A program made the translations under genes and the position numbers. Shown piece by piece: positions 9,525-20,400 of a stretch of DNA of 64,000 bases. The DNA is from Gemmatimonadota bacterium (lineage in GTDB: Bacteria > Gemmatimonadota > Gemmatimonadetes > Palauibacterales > Palauibacteraceae), in NCBI GenBank assembly GCA_963666735.1, contig OY762926.1:3616001-3680000 (forward strand), read 5' to 3'. The notes under the pieces are model-generated. The model had not been told where the DNA came from and searched no databases. It was given only the letters and a program-made list of their open reading frames with translations. Position 1 is the first letter of the stretch. Each line of letters begins with the position of its first letter.

Positions 9525-11262
9525 CCCGGATCCTGCGATCATGGGCACGAGGCTGGTCCGGGAGGGCGGCCCGCATCCGGGCCGCGGAGGCCGTGACGAT
9601 AGCGAGAGCATAGTGTTGGACTATGGAAAAGCACCATCCGGGGCCCTACGTTCAGAGGGACTGGACAAGAGTTCACCCCGGAACGGAGGACACCCGAATG
9701 GTGCGTGGAAACGACTATACCGGATCGCGCACGCACGTGCAAGGATCGCCGGCGGCGCCGGGGGTCCGCGGGGGCGGCGGACGGATCACCGACGCGGGCG
9801 GCCTGGTCGTGGTCCGGAGGCTGTGGGACGCGCTGGGGCTGGGCCGTTGGATCGACGACCGGACCGGGAACGTCCCCGGCCGCTACCGGCCGTCGCTGAT
9901 GGTCGAGTTGTGGGTGGCGCTGCTCCTGTACGGCGGCGGGGTGATGGACGACCTGCCGCTTCTCGAGCGGCGGGGGGTACGCCGCATCTTCGGCTGGAGG
10001 CGGGTGCCGCACCCGGCCACGTTCGGGCGCTGGCTGCGGCGCTCGGCCGCGGTGATGTCCCCCCTGCTCGACGAGCTTCTGTGGCGGATGGTGCGGCGGC
10101 GCTGGGAGATGGCCGGCGGGGCGCCCCGGTCGGCGACGGTCGTCATGGACTCGACCGTCGTGGTGCGCTACGGGCTGAGACAGGCCGGGGCGGAGAAGGG
10201 CTACAATCCGAAGAAGCCGGGCCGTCCCTCGCACCATCCGCTGCTGGCCTACGTCTTGGAGACGGGCGACTGCCTCGGGGTGCGCTGGCGGCCGGGCAAC
10301 GCGCACACGGCCGGGGGAGCCGAGGCGTGGCTGGCCGGGCTGGTGGCCCGCCTGAGGGAGGCGGGGGTGCGGGACATCACCGTGCGGCTGGACAAGGGGT
10401 TCTTCTCCAAGCGCATCGCGGCGAGCATGGAGGAGCTCGGCGTCTCCTATCTGCTCAAGGTGCCGCGGTACGGCTGGCTCGACGGCTTCCGGGGCGCCTG
10501 GGAGACGGCCACCGCCGACGGGGCCGGGGACCGGGAGCTGAGGACCGCCTCCGGCGAGCTGTGGGGGACGCGGCTTCTCTCGGTCGAGAGGCGGAGACGG
10601 ACCGGCCCCGCGGAGGGGGAGCTCGATCTCGAGGCGTGGGAGACCGCGATGAGCGCCGACGTTCTGACCAACATCCGGGGCATCGGCCCCATCGAGGCGT
10701 GGCGCGCCTACAACGCGGGCGCGGTCGTCGAGCAGCGGATCGAGGAGTTGGGCCAGCTTTCGGCCGGGCGCACCGCGGTGGACGATCTGGGCGGAAACGC
10801 CCTCCTGTGGGGCCTCGCCGCGCTCGCCTACCAGCTCCTCCACATCCTGCGCGCGAACTGCCTCGGCCGTCGGTGGCGGGTCGTACAGCCGCGCGGCATC
10901 CGGCTGCGCCTGCTGCGCGCCCCGGCCAGGATCACCTCCCACGCCCGCCGAACCTCGCTCGGGTTCGCGCGCGGCGAACCGGCCCTCGGCCTCCCGCGGC
11001 GGGCGCTCCGCACCATCGAGAACGGCCTCCCGCCGCCCGCGCCCGCCTGACCGACCCCGGACCCGGCCTTGCGAAGGCGCCGCGCGGCGGCGCCCCGTTC
11101 CCGTGTCTCCGCGCGCCGCCCGGGGTCCCTCCCGAACCCCGCCGGCCCCCCACCGAGGCCCGGTCCGGCCCCGAAAACGCCACCACCCGCGCCAAGTCGC
11201 CACAGCCGCAGATCATAACCGCGCCTCCGGCCGTCCGACTATGCGCCAACGCAGGATCCGGG
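9525..11262 (+). mobile_element. IS1380-family insertion sequence, 1738 bp
   Basis: 13-bp perfect terminal IR cccggatcctgcg (9525-9537 / 11250-11262); 5-bp direct repeat GTGAC at 9520-9524 and 11263-11267. Confidence 0.88.
9623..11050 (+). CDS. IS1380-family DDE transposase (start uncertain)
   Basis: TDAGGL, VMDST, GYNPKK-GRPSHHPL, RPGNAHT, VRLDKGF, YN..VEQRIEE. Confidence 0.85.
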   Translation: MEKHHPGPYVQRDWTRVHPGTEDTRMVRGNDYTGSRTHVQGSPAAPGVRGGGGRITDAGGLVVVRRLWDALGLGRWIDDRTGNVPGRYRPSLMVELWVALLLYGGGVMDDLPLLERRGVRRIFGWRRVPHPATFGRWLRRSAAVMSPLLDELLWRMVRRRWEMAGGAPRSATVVMDSTVVVRYGLRQAGAEKGYNPKKPGRPSHHPLLAYVLETGDCLGVRWRPGNAHTAGGAEAWLAGLVARLREAGVRDITVRLDKGFFSKRIAASMEELGVSYLLKVPRYGWLDGFRGAWETATADGAGDRELRTASGELWGTRLLSVERRRRTGPAEGELDLEAWETAMSADVLTNIRGIGPIEAWRAYNAGAVVEQRIEELGQLSAGRTAVDDLGGNALLWGLAALAYQLLHILRANCLGRRWRVVQPRGIRLRLLRAPARITSHARRTSLGFARGEPALGLPRRALRTIENGLPPPAPA

Positions 11263-12124
11263 GTGACAAATCACTGAGGTTCCACCAGCTGATTCGTATG
11301 AAGCTGATAGCCGCGAAGATGTGACGCCGTCCCTCTCGTATCCCCTCTGAGGAGTCATCAAAAATCTGTTGGTGGATGCGCTCTGCGAGAGAGACGTGTT
11401 CCTCCCGCAGGACATTGAGGACAGGCGACCCGTGCTCAAAGCGCACCGGCCAGTCCGGCGAAAGACAATCTGTCAGGTCTACAACTAGGGCACCACCGTG
11501 GAAGCGCTTACGTACGACACCGTCGTCCCGTTTGAGCAACAGCTGCTTCGCTGCCTTCGAGACCATGTTGCGGACGTGGCCAAGACTCTCGGGTCGCTTC
11601 ACTTCCACGGAATATTGCTTCGTGCTCTCCGTGATTATGACATCTGGACTCTTCCCGTCCTTCTTGAGCTCTACGCGGCCGGGTGCCGTTCCGCTCGCGG
11701 CAATCATGGCGATGGCCCAAAGTTCGCTCTGCGCCCGATAAGCCGCGTGCGGGGTCAGCCCAAGGCGGCCGCCGATTGCATCTCGGAAGGCTGTGATGAT
11801 CGGGCGCGGCTTGCAGGGGCCAAGCATGTTGCCGATTACCCAGAAATTCTGCGCGTCGCGAACCGCATGGGCGATCCGTACCAGATCTACACGCGAGCCC
11901 GAAAAAGCGCCGGACGGCCTAACGGATCGTAGTACGCGGACGGTCTCCGCCACGCGGCTGCTCCCGGATACGGGGATCCCCGCCCAGCGCTTGATCTTGC
12001 CTATCGTGTCCTCCAGACGGTCGGCAAGGAGCGGCATGGCATCCGGGGTAAGGTGTCTGTTACTCGTCGGGGTCATTAGAGGCAGCTTGCATCTCGTTGG
12101 AGACGTGGCGGTGCCAGGGCGGAC

Positions 12125-15100
12125 TTAGGCGGACTTGAGGTCGTCGGAGACTTCGGCCAGCGCCGTGTCGATGCCGGCCCGTTCCTCGTCCGAGATGTCG
12201 CCGGTGAGTCTGACGGAGACCTCGAAGCCGAGTTCGGCGGAGCCGGCGGCGGCGAGGAGGTTCGGGGCCCTGTCGGCCAGTTCCTGTAGCTGTCCCACAT
12301 CGAGCTTGGCGGCGGCGGGCGGCGGGGGGGGTGTTAGAGGGCTGTCCTGGCGGACCCGTATCTTGAGTTGTGTGGCTTGATCGTACTCGCAGTCGGGGTT
12401 GGCGCTTCCGTCCGCGAGCACGAGCCAATGTGCGTTGATCGCGGCGCGGATTCCCTCGCGCACGAGCCCCCACGGAAGATTCGTCGAGTGTTCCTGCGAG
12501 AGCGCTTGGGCGAGGGTCAGGCCGGTCGTGGCGTCGTCGCGCCAGGCGGCGGCCTGGATGGCTTCGGATCGAAGATCTTGCGGCGTCAACGGGTCCGGTG
12601 GCGGGCGGAGTGTCGCCTTGTCGTTCAGCGCTCCTGCGGGCACTGGCTCCTTCCAGGAGGTAGCGGGGGGATTCGTAAGCCAGACGGTGCCCGACTCCAC
12701 CGCCTGCCCCACAGTTTCCAGCACCGTGTCGGCGGGGCACGCCGGAATCGTGACCATATCGTCGTAGTGGTCGCGGGGGATCTTCGCGACATGCCCGCCC
12801 GCGAAGTAGTTCAGGAGCGTCGCGACCGGCAGGACCGAGCCGGTTTCGCCGCTGTCGTCGTCCGTCCACAGGCTGGGCAGCGTCCCGGGAGCGAGCAGCG
12901 GTTCCGGCAGCCGGGTGAGTTCCGCCTTCTCCGGCAGGACGATCTCCAGCGCCTCGTCACTCGCCGCCTCGGCCTCCACCGGTTCGCGCCACCGCGTGCG
13001 GAAGCTGCCGTCGGGCCGTCTCAGCCGGGCGACGAACAGGCCCTCGCGGACCCCGGCCATTACCGTATCGGTGACGAGCTTTGGCCTCAATACCTTCGGG
13101 AGCCTTGGATGCCGGGCGAAGGCCCCGGCCAACTGGCTCGCGAAACGCGCGTCGTCTCCCTCCTGCCAGAGGTCGTACGGTCCGCCGGGAAGGAGGGCCT
13201 CGGCGTTCACCGGCGTGTCGGTGAGGCGCGTCTTGTCGTGTCCCTTGATCTCCTCAAAAAGCGGCTGTCCGCTGGCGGGGAGCTTGAAGGCGTGAACGCT
13301 GTTCTCCGCGTCCACCGTCACGACGATCCCGTAGGCCTGTCGAATGACGCTCGGCAACTCCGCCTGGGTGTTGGTCTTCTTGCGCCGGAGGCGTTGCGAC
13401 CGCACCGGATCCACCGTTTGGGTCGCGAGCTGCGATTCCACGTCCTCCCAGCCGAGCAGCGCCCGCACTCGGGTGCGCGCCGCATCCAGGCCCTCGCGCG
13501 AAGGCACGGCGATGACCACCGCGTTGCGGTTCACGCGGGGGCGGTTCGGCCCCGTGGTCTCGTCGAGAAACCGCTTCGCGATTCTGCTCGGTTTGCCCGA
13601 CTCCGACGCCGCGTCGGGGCCGAGGATCACGTACCGGAAGCTGCCGTCGTCGGCGACATCTCCGGGCGACTTCGGCAGCACGTGCACGCCTGCCCCGGCG
13701 GCTGCCGCGCCACTCGTAAGGGGCTTCGTCTTGCGGATGAAATCTCCCAGCCGTGTCTCCACCATGTCTGCGGTGACTCGGTCCTTGCAGGCCTGGTCGT
13801 GCATCTGTTTCAGGTTGGGCGCGTTGCCCAGACGCCACGACTTGGGGAGGCCCCGCTCCGCGCCGTAACCGGCCGCGTCGTCCCCGATGTCGGCGTCGTC
13901 GAGGAACCAGGAGGTTTCGCGCCAGCGGAGCAGCCCCTTCTCCAGTTCGATTCTGTCCGGCCCTGAGCCGCCCACGAGCCGGAGCAGCTCAGGCGTTTGC
14001 GCCTTCTGGCCCACCGGCTGCGAGCAGAGAAAGACGGCTGCGACGGCCTGCTCCGCCTCGCGCGCCGGCTGGAGCGCCGCGCACTCACGCTGCACATCCC
14101 GCGCCTTGTCCAGTTCGGCCTCGAGCAGGGGAACCCATTCCGTCTTCTTGCCCTGCACGTCGTCCGTCGAGGCGACGCCCGCGAGTTCCCGCACGGCCTC
14201 GGAGACGTTGGCGGAATCGGGCTCGGCGAGGAGGACGGCGGGACCGACGAGCGGACTCCGGTCCCATGACTCCGCGTCCCGGAGCGCGGTGGCGAGCGTG
14301 CGCAGGATGCCCCGCGTGCGCTGGAAGCTCGCGATCTGCGTCCAGCGACTGTACAGCGCATCCGTCATGTCCGGGTGGAACGGGAAGCTGTGCAGGAACC
14401 GCTCTTCGGCCTCCTTCTTTCCGCGCCGTGTCGTTTCGTCGAGCTTGGCGATGCCCTTCACGATCCCGATCACATGCGGCTTGTATCCCTGCGGATCGCG
14501 GATGCTCTCGGGCTCGAAGAAGCGGCGGCGCAGGACTTCCGCCACATCCTCTCTCTGCACCGGCTGCACGCCCTCCTCGCGCTGCCGGCGAAAGATGTCC
14601 GCGATATCGCGCAGGATCCTTCTGCCCAGGGTATCGGTCGTTCGCGCCGGGTCCGTGGCGAGGATGGACGCGACGATCGCTGCCCGGTCGATCTTCGCCA
14701 CGGCCTGCGTGAGGTACTGGAAGAAGTTCCGCAGGTGCGCCACCCACTCCTCGGCCACGCCCGCCTTGGCATGGGCGTACATCATGACCTCGTCCAGAAG
14801 GATGAGCGTGGCCGTCCCGTCCCGTTGCTGTCGCTCGATCAGCTTGACGAGGAGGGGCTCCGCAGGCGGCGTGTCGCGCTCCTCGTCTTCGTTGTTCGCG
14901 TGCAGCAGGCGGAGACCGTCCGCCCCGGCAAGTTGGAAGGCGAGCACGCTCCAAGGATGCTTGAGCGCGCGCCGCTCTCCGTCGGGGGCGCGCACACCCT
15001 CGATGCCCTTTTCCACATCGATCTTGTCGAAGCAGAGCGCGGCCATCGCGGCGCGGGGAAGGTGGGAGTCCGCGTGCTCGCGGAACTCCCGAACCGCGGC

Positions 15101-15451
15101 GATGTCCGGCAGCCCGCCGGGATCGTGGAACAGGTGATGGAGGGTGATGAGGGTATGCGTCTTGCCGCCGCCGTACGTCATCTCAAGCTGGCGGACGGCC
15201 TTGCTGTTCTGCCCCGCCAGTCGCCCCGCGACGTCCCGCACAAGCTCCCGCAGTGCGTGCGTGGGGTAGGTCAGTGCGAAGAACTTCTCTGGATCCTCGT
15301 AGATGGGCCGCTTCCCCGCCTCCGTGACCACCTCGTGCAGGTCGGCGGCGAACTCGGCGAGCGAGAGCTCCCCGGAACGTAGTTCCGGCTTGAGACGAAC
15401 GATCTCGTGCCAAGGCGCGGGGGTGGGCATGGTGACTATCCGTTGGGACAC
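12125..15451 (-). CDS. DUF499-family AAA+ ATPase (alternative start ATG 15430)
   Basis: PWHEIV, EFAADL, YEDPEKFFALTYPT, Walker A YGGGKTH, Walker B LILLDEV, VLRRRFFE, FPFHP, FQRTRGILR. Confidence 0.88.
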   Translation of the reverse strand: MSQRIVTMPTPAPWHEIVRLKPELRSGELSLAEFAADLHEVVTEAGKRPIYEDPEKFFALTYPTHALRELVRDVAGRLAGQNSKAVRQLEMTYGGGKTHTLITLHHLFHDPGGLPDIAAVREFREHADSHLPRAAMAALCFDKIDVEKGIEGVRAPDGERRALKHPWSVLAFQLAGADGLRLLHANNEDEERDTPPAEPLLVKLIERQQRDGTATLILLDEVMMYAHAKAGVAEEWVAHLRNFFQYLTQAVAKIDRAAIVASILATDPARTTDTLGRRILRDIADIFRRQREEGVQPVQREDVAEVLRRRFFEPESIRDPQGYKPHVIGIVKGIAKLDETTRRGKKEAEERFLHSFPFHPDMTDALYSRWTQIASFQRTRGILRTLATALRDAESWDRSPLVGPAVLLAEPDSANVSEAVRELAGVASTDDVQGKKTEWVPLLEAELDKARDVQRECAALQPAREAEQAVAAVFLCSQPVGQKAQTPELLRLVGGSGPDRIELEKGLLRWRETSWFLDDADIGDDAAGYGAERGLPKSWRLGNAPNLKQMHDQACKDRVTADMVETRLGDFIRKTKPLTSGAAAAGAGVHVLPKSPGDVADDGSFRYVILGPDAASESGKPSRIAKRFLDETTGPNRPRVNRNAVVIAVPSREGLDAARTRVRALLGWEDVESQLATQTVDPVRSQRLRRKKTNTQAELPSVIRQAYGIVVTVDAENSVHAFKLPASGQPLFEEIKGHDKTRLTDTPVNAEALLPGGPYDLWQEGDDARFASQLAGAFARHPRLPKVLRPKLVTDTVMAGVREGLFVARLRRPDGSFRTRWREPVEAEAASDEALEIVLPEKAELTRLPEPLLAPGTLPSLWTDDDSGETGSVLPVATLLNYFAGGHVAKIPRDHYDDMVTIPACPADTVLETVGQAVESGTVWLTNPPATSWKEPVPAGALNDKATLRPPPDPLTPQDLRSEAIQAAAWRDDATTGLTLAQALSQEHSTNLPWGLVREGIRAAINAHWLVLADGSANPDCEYDQATQLKIRVRQDSPLTPPPPPAAAKLDVGQLQELADRAPNLLAAAGSAELGFEVSVRLTGDISDEERAGIDTALAEVSDDLKSA

Positions 15452-15909
15452 AGGTCGGTTCGGTTGAGCAGGTCCCGTCGCCGCTTCACCGCCTTCCCGC
15501 TCTCACAGGTCGGATAGATGCGTCCGCGGGGGCCCGCGATCAGAGCTGGGTTCTTGAAATCGGCGCGTAGATCCCCATCGCGGGAGTAGAGGAGCCGGGC
15601 ACGGCTCACCCGCGCCAGCGCTATGATATGCTCGTCCTTCGACCTGCAAAGCCGTTTTGCGCGTACGGCCGACGTTTCCTGTTCGACCGTTTCGTCAGGG
15701 AATCGTCTCACCCGGCCGCCAAGGATCCCTTCCTTAACCCAAGCGCGGAACTTGCCGTTCTCGGAGAGTTCCTCCAGTAGCTTGCCACCGACGACGAGAC
15801 GGGCGCGCGGCGTTTCGAGCCAGTCAAAAAACTGTTCTCCCGGTGGAGCGCGGTCCGGAGTAAACACTTCCCCCAGAACGTTGACGTCGATGATTGCGCA
15901 CATGTTCAA
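15436..15909 (-). CDS. PIN-like domain protein
   Basis: AIIDVNV, DEHIIALA, LLYSRDGDL acidic PIN pattern; overlaps the ATPase stop. Confidence 0.7.
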   Translation of the reverse strand: MNMCAIIDVNVLGEVFTPDRAPPGEQFFDWLETPRARLVVGGKLLEELSENGKFRAWVKEGILGGRVRRFPDETVEQETSAVRAKRLCRSKDEHIIALARVSRARLLYSRDGDLRADFKNPALIAGPRGRIYPTCESGKAVKRRRDLLNRTDLCPNG

Positions 15910-17321
15910 AGCCCTAGGGATCTGCGAGTCTCGATTCTAAAAAACTCGCGGTAGCCGTCCGGTATCGCGCCATCTTGCGCCACCAAGTTGCCGTTGGCGT
16001 CCCACGCCAGCGAGTGGATCGTCACCGAGAGGTTCCGGCGTTTGAAGTACAGGATCGACACGTCTTCAGGTCTCAGCTTGCTCCGACCATCGCGCACGTC
16101 CATCCGAATGCGATCCATGAGGTGGTCGCTGTGCGTCTCGACGAGGAGTTGGCGTCCTCGAGCGGCCACATCGCAGAACAAGCTGCCGAGTGCGGCTTGT
16201 GCGCTAGGGTGAAGATGGACCTCTGGCTGTTGTAACAAGAACATCTCCGGTCCCTGCGGGCGAAGAAGTTCGGTAACGATGGGGAGCACCTGGCTTACTC
16301 CGTAACCGACGTCGATTATGTTCCGGCGGGGTCCCTTGGCGCGTGTGCCAAACTTCCTGATTTGAATCTGAAAGGGTCCGCCGACCTGCCCACCGAGTGT
16401 CTTGATGGCGATCTCATCGAAAAGGCCTGCCTCCTGCCCGAACGTTTCAAGCGACGACTTGAGGGATTCCCATGTGCGGTCGTTCCGGCGTGCAGCGCTC
16501 GACAGAAACATGGGGATGTGCTCGCCCTCCGCATCTTCAAGCGGATGCGACGGATCGTACGTTCTACGTGGGTGTGAGCGAACAGGCGCGCTCGAAAACG
16601 GTCGTGCGGAGCGCCCCTCGATCGGCGGCTCAAGGCCGAAGAGTTCCTCAATATCCTCCTTGGTCGGTGAGACTCTAGTACCGCTTGACGCGTCGGGTTG
16701 CGCGGATTCCGATACGGTCCTGCCGAGGAAATATCGAACCAAGAATCCGAGAGGAGGTAGCCTGCGTTGCTGGATGTCCGAGAGTGCAGGCGCCAGACCC
16801 CACGATCCGCCTCTGAGGTCTGGACGCTTGAGTTCCCACTTCCCATTACGTGTTGAGAACCGAAGCGAGACGTCCACGCCGTCGCCGGGGATGCAGGCCT
16901 CCACCCACGCGCTCTTGCTTTCGATGCGCCGTACGCTCGGGACGGGAGCGGCACCGTCGCGGCGGAACGTGGCGCGAAACCGGAATGCATGGTTCCGCGC
17001 GGTTGGGATCGGCCTATCTTCATGTTGCCGCGCTCCCCCTTGGTCTTCCCAGGAAAGCTCTGCTCCGAACTCCACCGCACGGCCGCCTCTGCCACCGCGG
17101 TGATGCGCGATCTCATCGAAACTACCGAGATCATACGGCGGCTCTTTGAAGTCGGGAAACCGGTCGTGGAACGCAACGTCCCAGAGGACCTGTAGGAGCG
17201 CGAGGAACGACGTTTTGCCCGTGCTGTTTTCTCCTACTAGGAGCGTGAGCGGTGCAAGACGGGCCGTCTGCTTCCGCCGGAAACACCGGAAATCGGACAA
17301 GCTGAGTTCGTTAATGTGCAT
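15906..17321 (-). CDS. ABC/AAA_21-type ATPase (DUF3696-like C-terminus)
   Basis: LSDFRCF, Walker A GENSTGKT, signature VGYGVSQ, LLQQPEVHLHP, H-loop VETHSDH. Confidence 0.85.
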   Translation of the reverse strand: MHINELSLSDFRCFRRKQTARLAPLTLLVGENSTGKTSFLALLQVLWDVAFHDRFPDFKEPPYDLGSFDEIAHHRGGRGGRAVEFGAELSWEDQGGARQHEDRPIPTARNHAFRFRATFRRDGAAPVPSVRRIESKSAWVEACIPGDGVDVSLRFSTRNGKWELKRPDLRGGSWGLAPALSDIQQRRLPPLGFLVRYFLGRTVSESAQPDASSGTRVSPTKEDIEELFGLEPPIEGRSARPFSSAPVRSHPRRTYDPSHPLEDAEGEHIPMFLSSAARRNDRTWESLKSSLETFGQEAGLFDEIAIKTLGGQVGGPFQIQIRKFGTRAKGPRRNIIDVGYGVSQVLPIVTELLRPQGPEMFLLQQPEVHLHPSAQAALGSLFCDVAARGRQLLVETHSDHLMDRIRMDVRDGRSKLRPEDVSILYFKRRNLSVTIHSLAWDANGNLVAQDGAIPDGYREFFRIETRRSLGL

Positions 17322-17456
17322 CGTACCGACCAGACTCCTTGGGTCGTCGTGGACGCAAGGTTACGCCCACGGCAGGGGTGGCGGAAGGCTGGCCACCTCG
17401 CCGTGCATGAACGGACGCATATGGTTCGGGACCGAGGGCGGGTCGGCACGCGTCAC

Positions 17457-20400
17457 TCAGAACAGGGATCCCTGTTCTCGTGCCGTTGAAGTCTCCGTAG
17501 GGCCCCCGCCGCGCAGGTGGTTCTGCACCGATTCCAGCAGGGCCCGCTCCTCGGGGCCTCCCTCTGCTAGTTCGATAATGGCCTGCACAACGCTGGCAAA
17601 CAGTTCGTGCTTCCACAGCCCGCGGTCGCTGAGGTAGCTGTTGACGCGGGCTTGCTCCCCAGTTTTCCAGAGTTGCATGACCTTGTGCACACAGTCGATG
17701 AGCGCCGGGGGCGCGCCATCCGGCGTCGGGTGACCCAGCCGGGAGCCGCGCCGTTGGTTCCACCCCTTGAGGCGGACCTCGCTGCCCGATGTCTGCGGTG
17801 CCTCCTCGCCTTCCTCGTCGGACGCAGGAGCCGAGGCCCTCCCACCGCGGACGAGTAGGTTGTGCCTGCTCGCCAGATCGGCATCGGACAGATTGCACGA
17901 GAGCGCGTACAGGATGCACGCGCCGGCGGGGGCTACCTCCAGACCGAAATCGTTCCGGTGCAGCAGGTAGTAGGTCGTGACGTCGTCCAGCTCCGTCGCC
18001 GAACCGTTCCGCTGGGAAAGCAGCTGGCCTACGACGAAACCGACCACCATGCGTCGAACGTGTCGCAGGAAGTCCGCCACGGTCAGAACGTCACCCGGTC
18101 GGTCGGCTCGCTTGACGACGGGATGTCGGCTGAACGCCTCCAAAGCCGGCCCCGTGGCCGACCATACGAAGTCGGGTCCGCGAATCCCCGCATCCCAGAA
18201 GTCGCGCAGCCGCTGAGTGATCTTCTCCCGCATTTCGGTCAGGACCGGGCCCTCCCAGCCTTGCGTGGCGGTCATCGGCCGCTTGCGGCACACAAGCCAA
18301 ATCGATGACGCAAGCGCGGCGGAGGACAGCGCGCGCTGCCGAGTCTGCATTTCGGTCTGGATCGGCCACGAACCCGTCACCACGAACCCTGCCCGGATCA
18401 ACGCCGACACAAGCGTTTCCCACGCATCGGGGCTCTTGTTCGCAAACACGATGACCAGCCGGCCATCGTCGCCAAGAGCCTCGTGGAAGCCACGGAATGC
18501 CCGCGCCATCCCGTCTTCGTAGTTGTTCTTGGAAGCTTCCCGATCTCCCTCGAACCGGCTCGCGTCGTCGATAAGCTCGCCGTCGGAAGCGCCGGACTCC
18601 CACTTTGGACCCAAGGGGTCCGCGAAGGCCGCATCCGTCGCGGATGAGAAACCGTGCAGCACACGACGAAGCCAGACTTGAAAGAAGTCCGTCAAGTCCG
18701 AATACGGGATCGCATCATAGTACGGCGGGTCGGTGCAGATGACGTCGAGCCCGTTCGGCTGGGCGGCGATTGCGCTCCGGGTCTCAACTTCCACGGAGGG
18801 TGCATGCGACCCGGCGGGCAGGGCATGATCGGTCCAGCGTGCGACCCAATCAAGCATGCCCTTGAACCCGCCGGTTGTGGCCGACAGCGGATTCACTTCG
18901 CAATAATCCCACACCATCGGGAGCGCGAACCGTGCGAATGTTTGGCGGAGCTTTTCGCCACTATTGTGCCACGAGCAGATCGCGCTGCTGTAGTCGGTCA
19001 GCTTGCTGAACGCGCACGCCAGATATGCCGTAAACGCCTCCCGCCACTCGACCGGGTAGCCATCCATCTCGGTCGCAACGGCGCGGATCTCGCGCCCGAA
19101 CGTTCCCAGGGCAAGCAGCTGGCGGCGCGTGAACAGTTTGTCCCAAGAGTCGAAGCCATAGCGCGCCACCCGCATGCCGAGGGCCTCCTCGTGCGCAGTC
19201 GGTTCGTTGGGCATGCCGAAAGGGAAGTCCGAGTACAGCGCCTCAAGCTCGCTCTTGCCAATACTCGCGGCTTCGATGTCTTGCTCGGTCGGATGTCGGT
19301 ACTCCTTACCGGTCTGTCCATCCACCACCACGGCCGTCATCCGGGCGCCAAGCCGTCCCGACCGGCCTTGAGCGCGCAACTCGGCCATCCTGGTCACGGC
19401 CGCGCAGTTCGGGCACTCGACCCCGCTCGCGCTCATGGTGCCCGCGCCGAGCACCTGGTCGTGCTGCCGCTGCTGAGCGACCGATCCCGATCCCTTCGGC
19501 ACGTCCGTCGCCACGGCGAACTCGACCCCGCGTCCATCGGCTCGCTTCGTCAGCGTCAAGAGAACCCGCTTCACTGGGGCCGTCTTCTTGCACAGCCAGC
19601 GCGTCTTGAGGAGCGGGATCTCGGCTCGGCAGCCGCCGCACTCGGTCGTGCGCGCCCACAGATAGGCTACGACCGGCTTGGCCACCCAGCGCGGGTTAGC
19701 TTCGTCTTTCAAGTAGGCCTCGTCAAAACCGGCGTTCAGCGCATCGACCGATACACGCCCGTCCGAAGCCGGATCGAGTAGACGGGGCTCTCGCCGCTTG
19801 TATGGCTTGGGTTCCGCCCGCGACGCCCGTGCTCGGCCCCTGCGACGCACGGGCTCGAACTCGGCATAGGCCGGATATCGTGTGGCCAACTGCCGCCTGA
19901 CGCCTTCAAGTACGCGCAGGCTCCACGCCCGGACGTGCCAGGCAAAGTCGGCCTTGGCGTTGGCGTCGTCTCGAAGCAGCGAGGAGGAAAGCTGTACGTC
20001 GCCGCCATCGCGGTGTCCCAGCTCGGCGAGTGCGTTTCGGATCTGGACCTTCGTGCGCGCGCCGCGGGATTTGACGAGCGCGGTGGCGAAGTGCCGGTCG
20101 CGCAGCGCAAACTCGGGCAGCGCCCTCTCCTCCCGTCCCACAAGTTTCGGGTAGTGAAGCGTACAGCGAAGGATGAACCACGCGACCGGATTCAGGTCGG
20201 AAGCGAACGTCTTGCACCCCAGCCGCATCGCCTCCAGCGGAATCGCGCCCCCACCCGCGAAGGGATCCAGCACCCTCGGCGCTCGCCCACCGAACGCCTC
20301 TCGTATCTCCTCCCGCAGACGGTCCAACTCGGGGTCGGTTTCCCGCCCCCAGTGCAGCACCCCACCCGCCGTCTCCTTGAGCTTGGGATCCTCTGCGCCG

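Larger units (their letters stand above)
9353..12076 (-). pseudogene. PD-(D/E)xK nuclease-like gene interrupted by IS1380 (326 aa when the IS is removed)
   Basis: 5' part 12076-11263 has SPDVII..YSVEVKR; removing the IS and one TSD joins it in frame to 9519-9353 (QLHCITQQLN...EIHFGL*). Confidence 0.75.
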
